DNA from: Candidatus Velthaea sp.
GTDB lineage: Bacteria; Vulcanimicrobiota; Vulcanimicrobiia; Vulcanimicrobiales; Vulcanimicrobiaceae
Direction of reading: 5' to 3'
Length of the DNA: 64,000 nucleotides
Assembly (NCBI GenBank): GCA_965214935.1
Contig: CBDCCS010000010.1
Coordinates: 160,001 to 224,000 of the forward strand
The position numbers were made by a program, and so were the translations under genes. Positions 1 through 9,529 of the stretch are shown piece after piece; within the stretch, counting starts at the first letter, position 1, and every line of letters starts with the position of its first letter. Below the pieces are notes generated by a model that searched no databases, was not told the origin of the DNA, and saw nothing but the letters and a program-made list of their open reading frames with translations.

Positions 1-631
1 GATTGGCAACGGCCAAGGTGACGTCGCTTGCACCCAAGCCGTAGAACTGGAGCTTGCGCGGATCGAGCCAAATGCGCATTGCGTAGCGGCGTTCACCAAA
101 GATGAGCACGTTGCTCACGCCGGCCACGCGCAGTAGCGGATCTTTGATCGTACGGTCTAGGAAATTGCTTAGCGCGAGCGGCGATTCATTTGCATTGCGC
201 GACGTAAAGGCGATCGCCATGAGGAAACCGCCCGACGATTTGGTGATCTGCGTGCCGGTTTGAATAACTGCCGCGGGTAATTCGCCTTGCGCGTTCTGAA
301 CGCGATTCTGGACATCGACCGCCGCTGCATCGATGCTGCGCGAAGCATCAAAGGTCAGGGTAATCGTCGACACGCCGGCGTTCGAGGACGTCGAGGACAT
401 GTATTGCAGGCCTTGCACGCCGTTGATTTGTTCTTCGAGCGGATTCGTTACGGCCGCCTCGACCGTTGCGGCATCGGCACCGATATAGGTGCTCGTCACG
501 GTAACGGTCGGCGGTGTAATCTGCGGATACTGTGCGATCGGCAACGTCGGGATCGATGCCAACCCGCCGAGTAAAATGAGCGCCGCGATGACGCTTGAGA
601 GAATCGGGCGCTCGACGAAGAGACGCAGCAT
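1..631 (-). CDS. RND efflux transporter permease subunit, AcrB/MexB family (5' part, runs off the window)
   Basis: Not in the ORF track. Manual translation from ATG at 631 gives MLRLFVERPILSSVIAALILLGGLASIPTLPIAQYPQITPPTVTVTSTYIGADAATVEAAVTNPLEEQINGV...GERRYAMRIWLDP, a typical HAE1 N-terminus. TGATG overlap with the adaptor stop. Confidence 0.93.
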   Translation of the reverse strand, partial: MLRLFVERPILSSVIAALILLGGLASIPTLPIAQYPQITPPTVTVTSTYIGADAATVEAAVTNPLEEQINGVQGLQYMSSTSSNAGVSTITLTFDASRSIDAAAVDVQNRVQNAQGELPAAVIQTGTQITKSSGGFLMAIAFTSRNANESPLALSNFLDRTIKDPLLRVAGVSNVLIFGERRYAMRIWLDPRKLQFYGLGASDVTLAVAN

Positions 632-1983
632 CAGTGCGCTCCGGCGGGCGCGCCCGCAGCGGGGGGCGCCGCGCCGGGCAGCACGATTGCCGAACCATCT
701 TGAAGTCCGCTGGGCGGCGAGGTTACGATCGTCGTTCCGGCGCGCAGACCGCGTCCGGTAATTTCGACCGCCGAATCCGTTTGCAGACCCGGACGCACCC
801 GCACGCTTTCAACCTTGCCTTTAACGGTGGTAAATACGCTAGTCATCGCCGTGCCGGTGCCGATGAGCGCCGCGCTCGGCACGATGAGTACGCCGGCATG
901 ACGTGCCCGTAGCGTCGTCACCGTCACGAACATCCCCCCGCGCAACGCGAGGTCGGCGTTGGGCTGCAACAACCGAATGCGGTAGCTGAGCGTGCCGGCC
1001 GTCGGTGTCGTATTGATATCGAAGATGTGGCCGCGGAACGAGCGTCCGGCGATACTTAGAGACGTGAACGTAACGACTTTGCCGCGCGCGACCGTGGACA
1101 GATCGACATCGGGAACGTTGGCCACGACGTAGACGCGCGAAACCTGGGCGAGCTCGAAGATGCCGCTGCTGGGGCCGGCGTAAGCGCCGGGGTCGAGCAG
1201 CCGTTGCGTGACCTGGCCGTCGAAGGGCGCGACGATCGACGACTGCGTAATTTGCGCAGCAAGCAATTCGACATTCGCCCGTGCGACGTCGGTGCCGGCG
1301 GCATTCTGAGCGATCGTTGCTTGATCTTCACTGCGCAGGCGCGTGTTACTGAGCGCCGTGCGCAGCGCCGCCTCCTGGCCGCGCACCGCTTGACGCGTGC
1401 TGCGTAGCGTCTCGAGCGACGAAACGTACGTTGCGCGCACTTGTTCGTACGTTTCGCGCGATACGTACCCTTGGGCCAGCAGGTCGCGGTCGGCTTTTTG
1501 CGTTAGCGCATTTGAGGTTACTGCGGCGCGTGCGGTTCGCACGCTATTTTCGGCGGCGGCGACATTCTGTTGCGCCGTCGAGACCGCCGAACTATACTGC
1601 TGCGAATTGATCGGCGCGGCGACGCTGCTATGCTCGAGTTGCGCTTGCTCTTCGCGCACGGTCGCTACGTTTGCTTTGAGCGATGCGCGCAACTACGAGG
1701 TGTCGAGCGTCGCGAGTACCTGACCGCGGTGCACGAAATCCCCCTCGGTCGCGTCGACCGAAGCGACGGTTCCGGCCTGCGAGGTACTTAAGGTGGTTTG
1801 AAAGACCGGCGTAATTTGCCCGTCGAACGATGCATACGTCGAAATGGTACCGCGCGAAATTTTTGCGGTGGCGACACTGACGGGTGGCGGGCCTTTCGGC
1901 TGCGGTGCGGCCTGCGCTACGCAACCGCCGAGCGTGCTCAGGCCGATGAGGTACATGAACGACCGAAACTTGCACGTTAGCAT
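631..1983 (-). pseudogene. RND periplasmic adaptor (membrane fusion protein) interrupted by one in-frame TAG at 1693-1695
   Basis: ORFs 1693..2211 and 631..1692 abut in the same frame (GDFVHRGQVLATLDTS*LRASLKAN). Lipobox LGGC, PPPVSV, IVAPFDGQV, LRGGMFV motifs; AGGAAG RBS before ATG at 1983. Confidence 0.8.
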
Positions 1984-2580
1984 AGACTTCCTAAACCGAA
2001 GTGCTCTACGCCGGCGCAGGCCGGCACAGAACGTTGGCGAGGTACGCGGCCGCAGCGACACGGAACATGCGAGATGAAATGGATTCGGGCAAGCTGGACG
2101 CGGCCGTGACCGTGGCACCGCGCTTCCAGCATGCCGCAACAGCGTAACGAGATGCCGGCCTCGGCACCATCGTTGAAAAGCGGGATGGCGCTCTACGAAG
2201 TCGCAGCGCACGGTCGACGTCGGCGTCGGATGCTGAGCCGAACGGCTCTAATGACTCGCGCGCTCAACAGGAGTGACGGCCAGTCCGCGACCGTCGAGCG
2301 CGTGCCGCGCGTTGAATGCAAAATCGGAACGCAGTACGGCAAAGATTGCAGCAAAGCGCTACGATCATGGTCCGGCGGGCTCACTGCAAGCGCCGAAGAC
2401 GGCTGTTAAGCGGCCCGGCCGAGCTACACGCTGACTAGAGGCAACGTTGCCGCTCCGTCGATACTAACTCGAACAAGATCGGCCGAGCGTCATCGTTTTT
2501 GGCCGTTCGCGCCGCCGGTGCGAGCCACGTCATAGGGCCACAGATTCGATGCGCCGGTGGTGCGTTCGGGGGCTTTCGGG

Positions 2581-3612
2581 TCAGGCGGCCGACGAGGTTT
2601 GCGTCGAGCGCAAGCGCTGTGCGTAAACGTTGATAATGAGCGCAGCAAGTAAGATCAAACCGCGAATGAGCACTTTGAGAAAACTATCGATCGAGATGTG
2701 ATCCAGACCATTGTTCAACACGCCGAGCACAAACAGGCCGACGATCGTGTTTCCGATCGAACCTTGGCCGCCGAACAGACTCGTCCCGCCGACGACGACG
2801 GCGGAAATCGAATCGAGCAAGTAGTTGTCGAATTCATTCTGTTGACCGCTACCGAGGTGAGCGACGCCGAGCATCCCGGCGATGCCCGAGCATACCGCGG
2901 AGATTACCATAACGCCACCGACGATGCGTTTGACGTTGACGCCGGAGTACTCCGCAGCTTCGCGATTGCCGCCGACCATGTAGACGTACCGCCCGAAGCG
3001 CGTATAAGTCAAAACCAGATGACCGATCAGCAGCGTAATTGCCGCGCAAATGACGATCCACGGCACCGGTCCGAGGCTGCCGTTGCCGAGCGTGGCGATA
3101 ATCGGCGGAACGTTGTACGCAATTTGCCCGCGCACGAGCAAGGCGGTGATGCCGTTGCCGATCTGCAGCATCGCCAGCGTCATGATGAACGACGGTATGC
3201 CGATGCGCGTGACGCCGAACGCGTTGACCAAACCAAGTGCGAAACACGATACGATCGACAGCACGATGGCCGCGAATGCCGATAGCGGTTTGTTGGCAAT
3301 GTTCGTGCTCGCGTCTTGCAAGGTAAAAAATGCCAACACGACGCCGGTGGTGTTCGCGATGCTTGCAACCGACAAGTCGATCTCGGCGCACAGAATGACG
3401 AACGTCAAGCCGACCGCAATAATGCCGGTGACGGATATCTGCGTCAAGATATTACCGAGATTATCGAACGTCGCGAACGACGGACTCGACAAGCAAAAGA
3501 AAACCACGAGGAACAACAGCGTCGCGAACGGCGCAATGTTCCGCAGTTGCCCGCGTAGCCAATTTCTCGCGCCGCCGCGCGCGGCCGGCTTGACGGTGTC
3601 CGTGGCGATCAT
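2581..3612 (-). CDS. Sugar ABC transporter permease (RbsC/CUT2 family)
   Basis: IDLSV, GIPSFIMTL, GGNREAAEYSGV, ISAVVVGGTSLFGG motifs; many TM segments. Confidence 0.93.
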   Translation of the reverse strand: MIATDTVKPAARGGARNWLRGQLRNIAPFATLLFLVVFFCLSSPSFATFDNLGNILTQISVTGIIAVGLTFVILCAEIDLSVASIANTTGVVLAFFTLQDASTNIANKPLSAFAAIVLSIVSCFALGLVNAFGVTRIGIPSFIMTLAMLQIGNGITALLVRGQIAYNVPPIIATLGNGSLGPVPWIVICAAITLLIGHLVLTYTRFGRYVYMVGGNREAAEYSGVNVKRIVGGVMVISAVCSGIAGMLGVAHLGSGQQNEFDNYLLDSISAVVVGGTSLFGGQGSIGNTIVGLFVLGVLNNGLDHISIDSFLKVLIRGLILLAALIINVYAQRLRSTQTSSAA

Positions 3613-3619
3613 GTGTCTC

Positions 3620-5125
3620 CTACGCTGCGGCCAGCAAGCGGTCTTTGCTTACGTCTTCATTGACGAACTCGCGCACGATCGAGCCCTTTTTCATGACGAC
3701 GATGCGGTCGGCTAGCGACAAAACCGTTTCCGGTTCGGTTGAGACGACAATCACGCCGATACCCGAGTCGCGCAAACCGCGCACGATTTTCACCACATCG
3801 TCTTTCGCACCGACATCCATGCCGCGGGTCGGTTCGCACAAGACCAAGACTTTGGGCAGATACGCAAGCCAACGCGCGAGTGCAACCTTTTGCTGATTGC
3901 CGCCCGACAGCGTCCCTAACGGCAGATCGACTCGCGGTGGACGGATGTGCAATTGCGTGACATGCTCTTGTGCGATGCGGCGTTCGGACATCGGTCGCAG
4001 CAAGAGCGCCGACAGTCGTTCGAGGATACTGATCGAAACGTTCTTATACACCGGTTCAAGCGCGAAGAGCATGCTGCGGCGGCTCTCCGGCACGAGTGCG
4101 ATGCCGGCGCGCTTTGCGCCGGCAGTATTACGCGCGCGCAACACCTTCCCGTCAACGACGATCGAGCCGCCGTCGGGTGCGATTTTTCCGAACAACGCGC
4201 GCGCGAACTCAAGCTGCCCCGAACCCATGAATCCGTAAATTCCGAGAACTTCGCCCGCGTGAACGTTGAGCGAGACGTTTGCAAACGCCCCACTCTTGGT
4301 AAGGTCGCGCGATTCGAGGACGACGGCTGCCCCGGAGCGTTCGGTCAGCCGGCGTTCACCCAAGTAGCTCTCTTCGAGATCCTCATGTCCGGCGCCGATC
4401 ATCTGCTCGATGATCCAGAGTTTATCGACGTTGACCGCCGGAGTCGTGGCAATTTTGCGTCCGTTACGGAACACCGTAATGGAGTCGCAGATCGCCAGCA
4501 CGTCGTCGAGAAAATGCGAAATGAAAATGATGCTCTTGCCGCTCGCGCGCAAGCGCCGCAGGATCTCGAACAAGCGCTCGATCTCGGGCGGCGACAGCGC
4601 CGACGTCGGCTCGTCGAGAATGATAATCTCGGCCCCGGAAAACAGGACGCGGCCGAGTTCGATGAGTTGCTGCACGCCGAGCGGCAGCGAGCCCATCGTT
4701 GCGCGGACGTCGACTTCGATGCCTAAGCGCGAAAGCTGCGCGCGCGCTTCGCGAAACATTTCGGACCAATTCACGAGGCCGGCCCGATTGAGCGGCTGAA
4801 CGCCGAGAAACACGTTCTCGGCAACCGTCAGTTCGGGTACGACGCTGAGTTCCTGATGCACCATGCCGATACCGGCGGCGAGCGCGTCGCTGGCCGAGCG
4901 AAACGTGACCTTGCGGCCGTTAACGCGCATCGTTCCGGCGTGTTCGGAATGGACGCCCGCGATGATTTTCATCAGCGTGCTCTTACCGGCGCCGTTTTCG
5001 CCGACGAGTCCGTGGATCTCACCGGCCTGCAGCGTGAAATCAACATCGCGCAAAGCAACGACACCGCCGAACGTCTTCCCGATTCCCGTCATTTCAAGAA
5101 CGTTCGGCTGGTCCGCTAAGGTCAT
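3620..5125 (-). CDS. Sugar ABC transporter ATP-binding protein (two ATPase domains)
   Basis: GENGAGKST, ILDEPT, LSGGNQQK, EPTRGMDVGAK. Confidence 0.95.
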   Translation of the reverse strand: MTLADQPNVLEMTGIGKTFGGVVALRDVDFTLQAGEIHGLVGENGAGKSTLMKIIAGVHSEHAGTMRVNGRKVTFRSASDALAAGIGMVHQELSVVPELTVAENVFLGVQPLNRAGLVNWSEMFREARAQLSRLGIEVDVRATMGSLPLGVQQLIELGRVLFSGAEIIILDEPTSALSPPEIERLFEILRRLRASGKSIIFISHFLDDVLAICDSITVFRNGRKIATTPAVNVDKLWIIEQMIGAGHEDLEESYLGERRLTERSGAAVVLESRDLTKSGAFANVSLNVHAGEVLGIYGFMGSGQLEFARALFGKIAPDGGSIVVDGKVLRARNTAGAKRAGIALVPESRRSMLFALEPVYKNVSISILERLSALLLRPMSERRIAQEHVTQLHIRPPRVDLPLGTLSGGNQQKVALARWLAYLPKVLVLCEPTRGMDVGAKDDVVKIVRGLRDSGIGVIVVSTEPETVLSLADRIVVMKKGSIVREFVNEDVSKDRLLAAA

Positions 5126-5152
5126 GCTCCAACTTTCAAAGACGGCGGGCGC

Positions 5153-6175
5153 TTAGATGAGGAAGTTTTGCTCCATCCACGCCATGCCCGCGGCGTTCGC
5201 TTTGGTCACGACGGGTCCATCCGTTATGATATTTTTCGGTATTCCGCCCGGTCCGGTTTTCTGACCGTTCATCACAGCCGCGACACCGGCAACGATGGCA
5301 CCGCCGTGAATGCGGCACGACGGGTTACGAACCGTTGCATGCATGTGACCCGCACTAACCGCGGCGAGTGCCGGCGGCATCGCGTCGCAGCCACCGATGA
5401 GAATGCTCGTTTTGCCGTGCGTCTTCATGACGTTATAAGCCGCAAGCGCCATGTCGTCGTTGTGAAAATAGGCCGCATCGATCTTGGGATATTTCGTAAC
5501 GAGCGTTTCCCAGATGCGCGCCGTTTTGGTAACGTCCCAATCGCCCGGCGTCGTATCGAGCACTTTTACGTTCGGATACTTTTTGATGACCGACATAAAG
5601 CCGCGTGCGCGACCTTGCGCGCCGGTATGTCCGAGCGCGCCCTGAGTCATCGTAATGTTGCCTTTGCCGCCGATTGCATCGACGAGCGCTTGGGTGACCG
5701 CTGCGCCCATGAACTCATTATCCGGAGCCAAAAAGCTGTGCACTTGAATCGAGTCGAGCGGTGCAATGAGCGTATCCATGTCGATGACCGGAATACCGGC
5801 GGCGATCATCTTATTGACCGGAGCCGTGAGCGTGCCGATACCGAACGCCTGGATGGCGACGAAGTCCCACTTCTGCGACGCCATGTTGTCGATCGCCGTG
5901 CGCTGCGACGTCGCGCTGAGCTGCCCGTCGAACCACGTAACATCGACGTTGTAGAGCCGCCCCCAAGCTTCGGCGGCTTGTTTGCCTTGAGCGCACCAGG
6001 TGGCTTGCAAACCGGCGTTCGAGAACGCGGCTTTGAGCGGCTTCGTCGATTTGCCCGTTGCCGACATCATGTCGGCGGCCATGATCGGATCGACTCCGAG
6101 TCCGCCCATGAACGCGGCGGCACCCGCGGTTGAAGCGGTCACCGTACGGATGAAATCGCGACGAGAATTGAACAT
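5153..6175 (-). CDS. Sugar/polyol ABC substrate-binding protein, Tat-exported
   Basis: SRRDFI twin-arginine signal; periplasmic binding protein type 1 motifs (GIPVIDMD, HNDDMALAA); first gene of the ABC operon. Confidence 0.9.
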   Translation of the reverse strand: MFNSRRDFIRTVTASTAGAAAFMGGLGVDPIMAADMMSATGKSTKPLKAAFSNAGLQATWCAQGKQAAEAWGRLYNVDVTWFDGQLSATSQRTAIDNMASQKWDFVAIQAFGIGTLTAPVNKMIAAGIPVIDMDTLIAPLDSIQVHSFLAPDNEFMGAAVTQALVDAIGGKGNITMTQGALGHTGAQGRARGFMSVIKKYPNVKVLDTTPGDWDVTKTARIWETLVTKYPKIDAAYFHNDDMALAAYNVMKTHGKTSILIGGCDAMPPALAAVSAGHMHATVRNPSCRIHGGAIVAGVAAVMNGQKTGPGGIPKNIITDGPVVTKANAAGMAWMEQNFLI

Positions 6176-6244
6176 ACGATCCCCTTCTAGAAGTGCGAGC
6201 GCGCAAGCGATGGACGCCTCAAAGATAAATCTTCCGGCTCCGAA

Positions 6245-6273
6245 TTGTACGGGTAAACGTTTTCATCGTACAA
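6245..6273. promoter_or_regulatory. LacI/CcpA-family operator-like site flanked by a 7-bp inverted repeat
   Basis: TTGTACG-ggtaaacgttttcat-CGTACAA; the minus strand core reads TGAAAACGTTTACC, about 75 bp upstream of the SBP start. Confidence 0.55.
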
Positions 6274-6478
6274 CCGAAATCCTGCGCTTGTCTGGATAGG
6301 GACGAAAGTCGCCCCTTGCGTGCGCGAAGCATTACCGGATCGGCACTTGCGCCGCGCCGTAGCAAACGCGCGCGACGCCAATGCGAAGCCGAAGAACGTC
6401 GACCTTCGGCTTGCTCCGAACGCACGACGTTGAGCGGGTCACGCTACCGTCCGCGTTCGTCGCGATCGTTTCTCGACG

Positions 6479-7552
6479 CTACGGAATAAGTATCGCTTTG
6501 ATCGAGCCGGTGCCGCCTTCCATCTTGGCAAAAGCCTCGGTAAATTGCGGCAGCGTGAAACGATCGGTGACGACGCCATCCATTTTTACGCTGCCGTCGG
6601 CGAGCCCGGCAATTGCCGCGGGATACATGCGCGCACCCAAATGCGCGCCGAGCACATCGAGTTCTTTCTCCTCACCGATGATGCTCCAGTCGACCGTTAC
6701 GGGTGCGCCGAAAACGCTGTACTCGAGAAACCGGCCGAGTTTGCGCAGCAGCATCAGACCCTGCTCGACGCCCTTGGGTGTTCCGGTCGCTTCGATATAC
6801 ACATCGCAGCCGTAGCCGCCGGTTAAGTTCGCGATTTCGGCGGCGACGTCGACTTCGCGCGGGTTGTAGACGATCGTTGCACCAAGAGCCTTGGCGAGCG
6901 CGAGCCGTTTATGATCGAGATCGAGAACAACAAGCGCGGCCGGCTTTTGGGCGAGTGCCGGGCCGATCATTCCGAGCCCGAGCGTGCCGGCACCGGCAAT
7001 GACGACGACATCGCCTTCTTCAACGCGCGCGCGTTCGACGGCATGAAAAGCACAGGCGAGGGGTTCGATGAGCACGGCAAGTTCGAGCGGCAGGTCGGGC
7101 GGCAATTTATGCACGATCGACTTTGCGGTAAACTTCATGAAGTCGGCCATGCCGCCGTTGACCTCGGGCTGAAAACCGAAAATGTTGTGAACCTCGCACA
7201 TCCAGTACGAACCTTTGAGACAAAAACGGCACTGCCCACACGGAACGATTTGCTCGGCAACGACCCGGTCTCCGATTGCTAAACCGCTGCTCGCCGCGCG
7301 TTCGTCGCTGCAATCCACAACCGTGCCGAAGAACTCATGGCCCGGAATAACCGGCGTCTTCACGAACGGTTTGCCGCCCGGCCGGCCCCAATAGCGTTCA
7401 GCACCGTGAAGCGTTTTCACATCCGACGTGCAGACGCCGCAAGCCTCGACTTTAATGAGTACCTCGCCCTTAGCAATCGCAGGCTTCGGAACTTCTTCGA
7501 GCCGGAAATCATTGATGCCGTGATTTACGACGGCTTGCATTGTGTCTGCCAT
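6479..7552 (-). CDS. Zn-dependent polyol dehydrogenase, erythritol/L-threitol dehydrogenase (EltD)-like
   Basis: CGVCTSD, PGHEF, C-x2-C-x2-C-x7-C structural Zn site, GAGTLG; YSVFGAPVTVDWSIIG..KELDVLGAHLG resembles the EltD subfamily as I recall it. Confidence 0.8.
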   Translation of the reverse strand: MADTMQAVVNHGINDFRLEEVPKPAIAKGEVLIKVEACGVCTSDVKTLHGAERYWGRPGGKPFVKTPVIPGHEFFGTVVDCSDERAASSGLAIGDRVVAEQIVPCGQCRFCLKGSYWMCEVHNIFGFQPEVNGGMADFMKFTAKSIVHKLPPDLPLELAVLIEPLACAFHAVERARVEEGDVVVIAGAGTLGLGMIGPALAQKPAALVVLDLDHKRLALAKALGATIVYNPREVDVAAEIANLTGGYGCDVYIEATGTPKGVEQGLMLLRKLGRFLEYSVFGAPVTVDWSIIGEEKELDVLGAHLGARMYPAAIAGLADGSVKMDGVVTDRFTLPQFTEAFAKMEGGTGSIKAILIP

Positions 7553-7561
7553 GACCCGGCG

Positions 7562-8278
7562 TTACCGCGTCGCGGCCGTTAACACATTCTTGAAGCCCTG
7601 CGGCGTCCACGCCGCGCGCCCGACGAATAAACCGTCGATGCCGGGTAATGCTGCGAAGCCGCCGGCGGTCGCCGCATTGACGCTGCCGCCGTAAAGCAGC
7701 GGTATGTCACCAAGTGCATCTGCCAGCGCCGTAACGACCGCGGCGACATCGTCGGATCGCGCGGTTTGACCGCTTTCACCGATCGCCCAAACCGGTTCGT
7801 ACGCAACGATGATTTGCGAGCGGTCGACCACACCATGCACAGCAAGGCGTAATTGGCGCAGCACCGCATCCGCCGCCGCACCGCACCGCCGTTCCTCCGC
7901 ACTGTCGCCGACGCAGAGCAGCACGCGCAAGCCGTTTGCAAGCGCCGCTTCGACTTTGCGCTGCACGGTACCGTCGTCATCGCCGAACAGGCGCCGCCGT
8001 TCGGCGTGACCGATGAGAACGAGGTCGACATCGAGCCCACGCAGCATCGAGCCGGAGACTTCACCGGTAAATTCACCGCTCGGCGCCCAGTGCAGATTTT
8101 GCGCGCCGATCCACATGCCGCCGGCATGCGCCGGTGCGACCGCACCTGCCAGCGACGTAAACGGCGGAATGACGAATAACTGCACGCCATCGGCGTCAAG
8201 CGTCGACAGCGCACCGACGAAACTTGCGGTTTGCGCCGCAGTCTGGTTCATCTTTACGTTCGTGCCGAAGTAGCGCAC
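7562..8278 (-). CDS. Triosephosphate isomerase paralog, L-erythrulose-1-phosphate isomerase (LerI/TpiA2)-like
   Basis: NVKMN, GAQN, GEFTGEVS, IGHAERR, AYEPVWAIG, LYGGSV; the C-terminal GLFVGRAAW differs from canonical TIM (LVGGAS); adjacent to the polyol dehydrogenase. Confidence 0.75.
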   Translation of the reverse strand: MRYFGTNVKMNQTAAQTASFVGALSTLDADGVQLFVIPPFTSLAGAVAPAHAGGMWIGAQNLHWAPSGEFTGEVSGSMLRGLDVDLVLIGHAERRRLFGDDDGTVQRKVEAALANGLRVLLCVGDSAEERRCGAAADAVLRQLRLAVHGVVDRSQIIVAYEPVWAIGESGQTARSDDVAAVVTALADALGDIPLLYGGSVNAATAGGFAALPGIDGLFVGRAAWTPQGFKNVLTAATR

Positions 8279-8330
8279 AAGTCGTTCGCTTTACCGTGAT
8301 AGCGAAATCTTCATTGTGCAGCGTAGAGGC

Positions 8331-8849
8331 TTAAACGAATTCGTCGCTGAGTTGCGGCGTTGCCGTTTGCCGTTCGGTGTCTGTCTGCACGGTGACATGG
8401 CGTACCGGCGGCAGCAACGGAACGTGCGTAGCAGCGCCGGCAAGTCCATAGCGCGGCATATTGACGTAGGTTGATTCGGTGCTGCCCGCCGCGACACGAT
8501 AAATTTCATGCCAGATGCCGGTCCCGAGTCCGCGCCGCCCGAGCTTGTTGAACCAGCGCATGAGCCGCGTGTGTTTCCCGCCTTCGGCCATCGAGTAGCG
8601 GTGAAGATCCTCGTACGAGCGCCAGAACTGGGTGACAACGAGAACCGGCCACGACACCGCCGTCGACGTCGAAAGCATGCCGAGCGACGCGTTCGTCTGC
8701 TGTTCGGCCAGCATGAAGGGCATCGCAAAAGCGGTGCGTACGGCCGGCACGACACCGCGCCAGCCGTTAAAGCGCATGCCGATCCGAAAAAGAATCAGAT
8801 CGTGCGCGGTCTCCGCCGTATAGCGGCCGGGAAAAACGGGGTCTGTCAT
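8331..8849 (-). CDS. DUF4188 / Af470-like monooxygenase family protein
   Basis: IGMRFN, AMPFMLAE, QFWRSYEDL, GIWHEIY, Y.NMP.YGL pattern; start taken at MTDPVF after GGAG. Confidence 0.8.
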   Translation of the reverse strand: MTDPVFPGRYTAETAHDLILFRIGMRFNGWRGVVPAVRTAFAMPFMLAEQQTNASLGMLSTSTAVSWPVLVVTQFWRSYEDLHRYSMAEGGKHTRLMRWFNKLGRRGLGTGIWHEIYRVAAGSTESTYVNMPRYGLAGAATHVPLLPPVRHVTVQTDTERQTATPQLSDEFV

Positions 8850-8868
8850 CCGAATTCTCCAAACGAAA

Positions 8869-8910
8869 GTAGACACTGGAAACATATGCTATAATATGAC
8901 CGATGTCAAC
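8869..8910. promoter_or_regulatory. Overlapping divergent sigma70 promoters with a putative TetR operator
   Basis: Plus strand: extended -10 TGCTATAAT (8887-8895), 7 nt before the tetR ATG. Minus strand: TTGACA (8909-8904)-17 nt-TATGTT (8886-8881). Palindrome TGAC-cgat-GTCA at 8897-8908. Confidence 0.65.
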
Positions 8911-9529
8911 ATTGCGCTATCATCACGGCGATTTGCGCGCGGCGCTGCTTGAAACAACGCGTTTGGTGCTGGCCCGGGTCGGCATCGAGGGGCTGAGTCT
9001 CCGCGAAGTTTCGCGTCAAGCCGGCGTTAGTCACGCCGCGGCGTACAATCACTTCCGCGACAAAGCCGGCCTTGTGAAAGCCGTCGTGGACGCTGCATTC
9101 GCCGACCTTGCCGCAGCGATGCAACGCGCGCGCGGCAGCACGTCCGATCCGCTCGTTGCACTCGAACGCATCGGTGTTGCCTACGTCGATTTTGCCTATA
9201 CGAATGCGCCCGACTTCAAAATCATGTTTCGGCCGGAATTGTGCGGTGTCGCCGATCCGGCGGCCGCTCGTGATAACGACGAAGCATACCGGATCCTCGT
9301 TGCGACGGTGAAAGATTGTCAGGCCGCCGGGCAGATCGTTGCGGGCAATCCCGAGCCGCTCGTCCTCGCTGCCTGGTCGATGGTTCACGGGCTCGCGTCC
9401 TTGATCGTCGACGGTCCAAATCGTGAACTCGCACCGAGTGCCGATGTCGCGCGCGCGCTCGCGCGCGGCTGCATCGCTCCGCTCATCGACGGCATGCAAC
9501 GACGCAAGCCGGCCAGCAGGAAGCGCTAA
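8903..9529 (+). CDS. TetR/AcrR family transcriptional regulator
   Basis: YHHGDLRAALL...LSLREVSRQAGVSHAAAYNHF HTH; C-terminal AWSMVHG (WHG-type domain). Confidence 0.93.
   Translation: MSTLRYHHGDLRAALLETTRLVLARVGIEGLSLREVSRQAGVSHAAAYNHFRDKAGLVKAVVDAAFADLAAAMQRARGSTSDPLVALERIGVAYVDFAYTNAPDFKIMFRPELCGVADPAAARDNDEAYRILVATVKDCQAAGQIVAGNPEPLVLAAWSMVHGLASLIVDGPNRELAPSADVARALARGCIAPLIDGMQRRKPASRKR

Noticed and set aside
1693..1695. Genome-wide TAG recoding or pyrrolysine
   Set aside because: Other genes end normally at TAG (for example at 3620, 6479, 43463, 55945); only one internal TAG was found and no pyl genes or suppressor tRNA are in the window.
2225..2262. Fluoride riboswitch-like hairpin followed by TAATGACTC
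   Set aside because: The required upstream GGnGATG...TTCnCC stem and pseudoknot partner are missing, and no crcB-type gene follows.
6298..6412. Structured RNA (GAC-GAAA-GTC and AAGCCGAAG/CTTCGGCTT hairpins)
   Set aside because: No match to c-di-GMP riboswitch or hammerhead cores that I can recognise; short hairpins are expected in GC-rich DNA.
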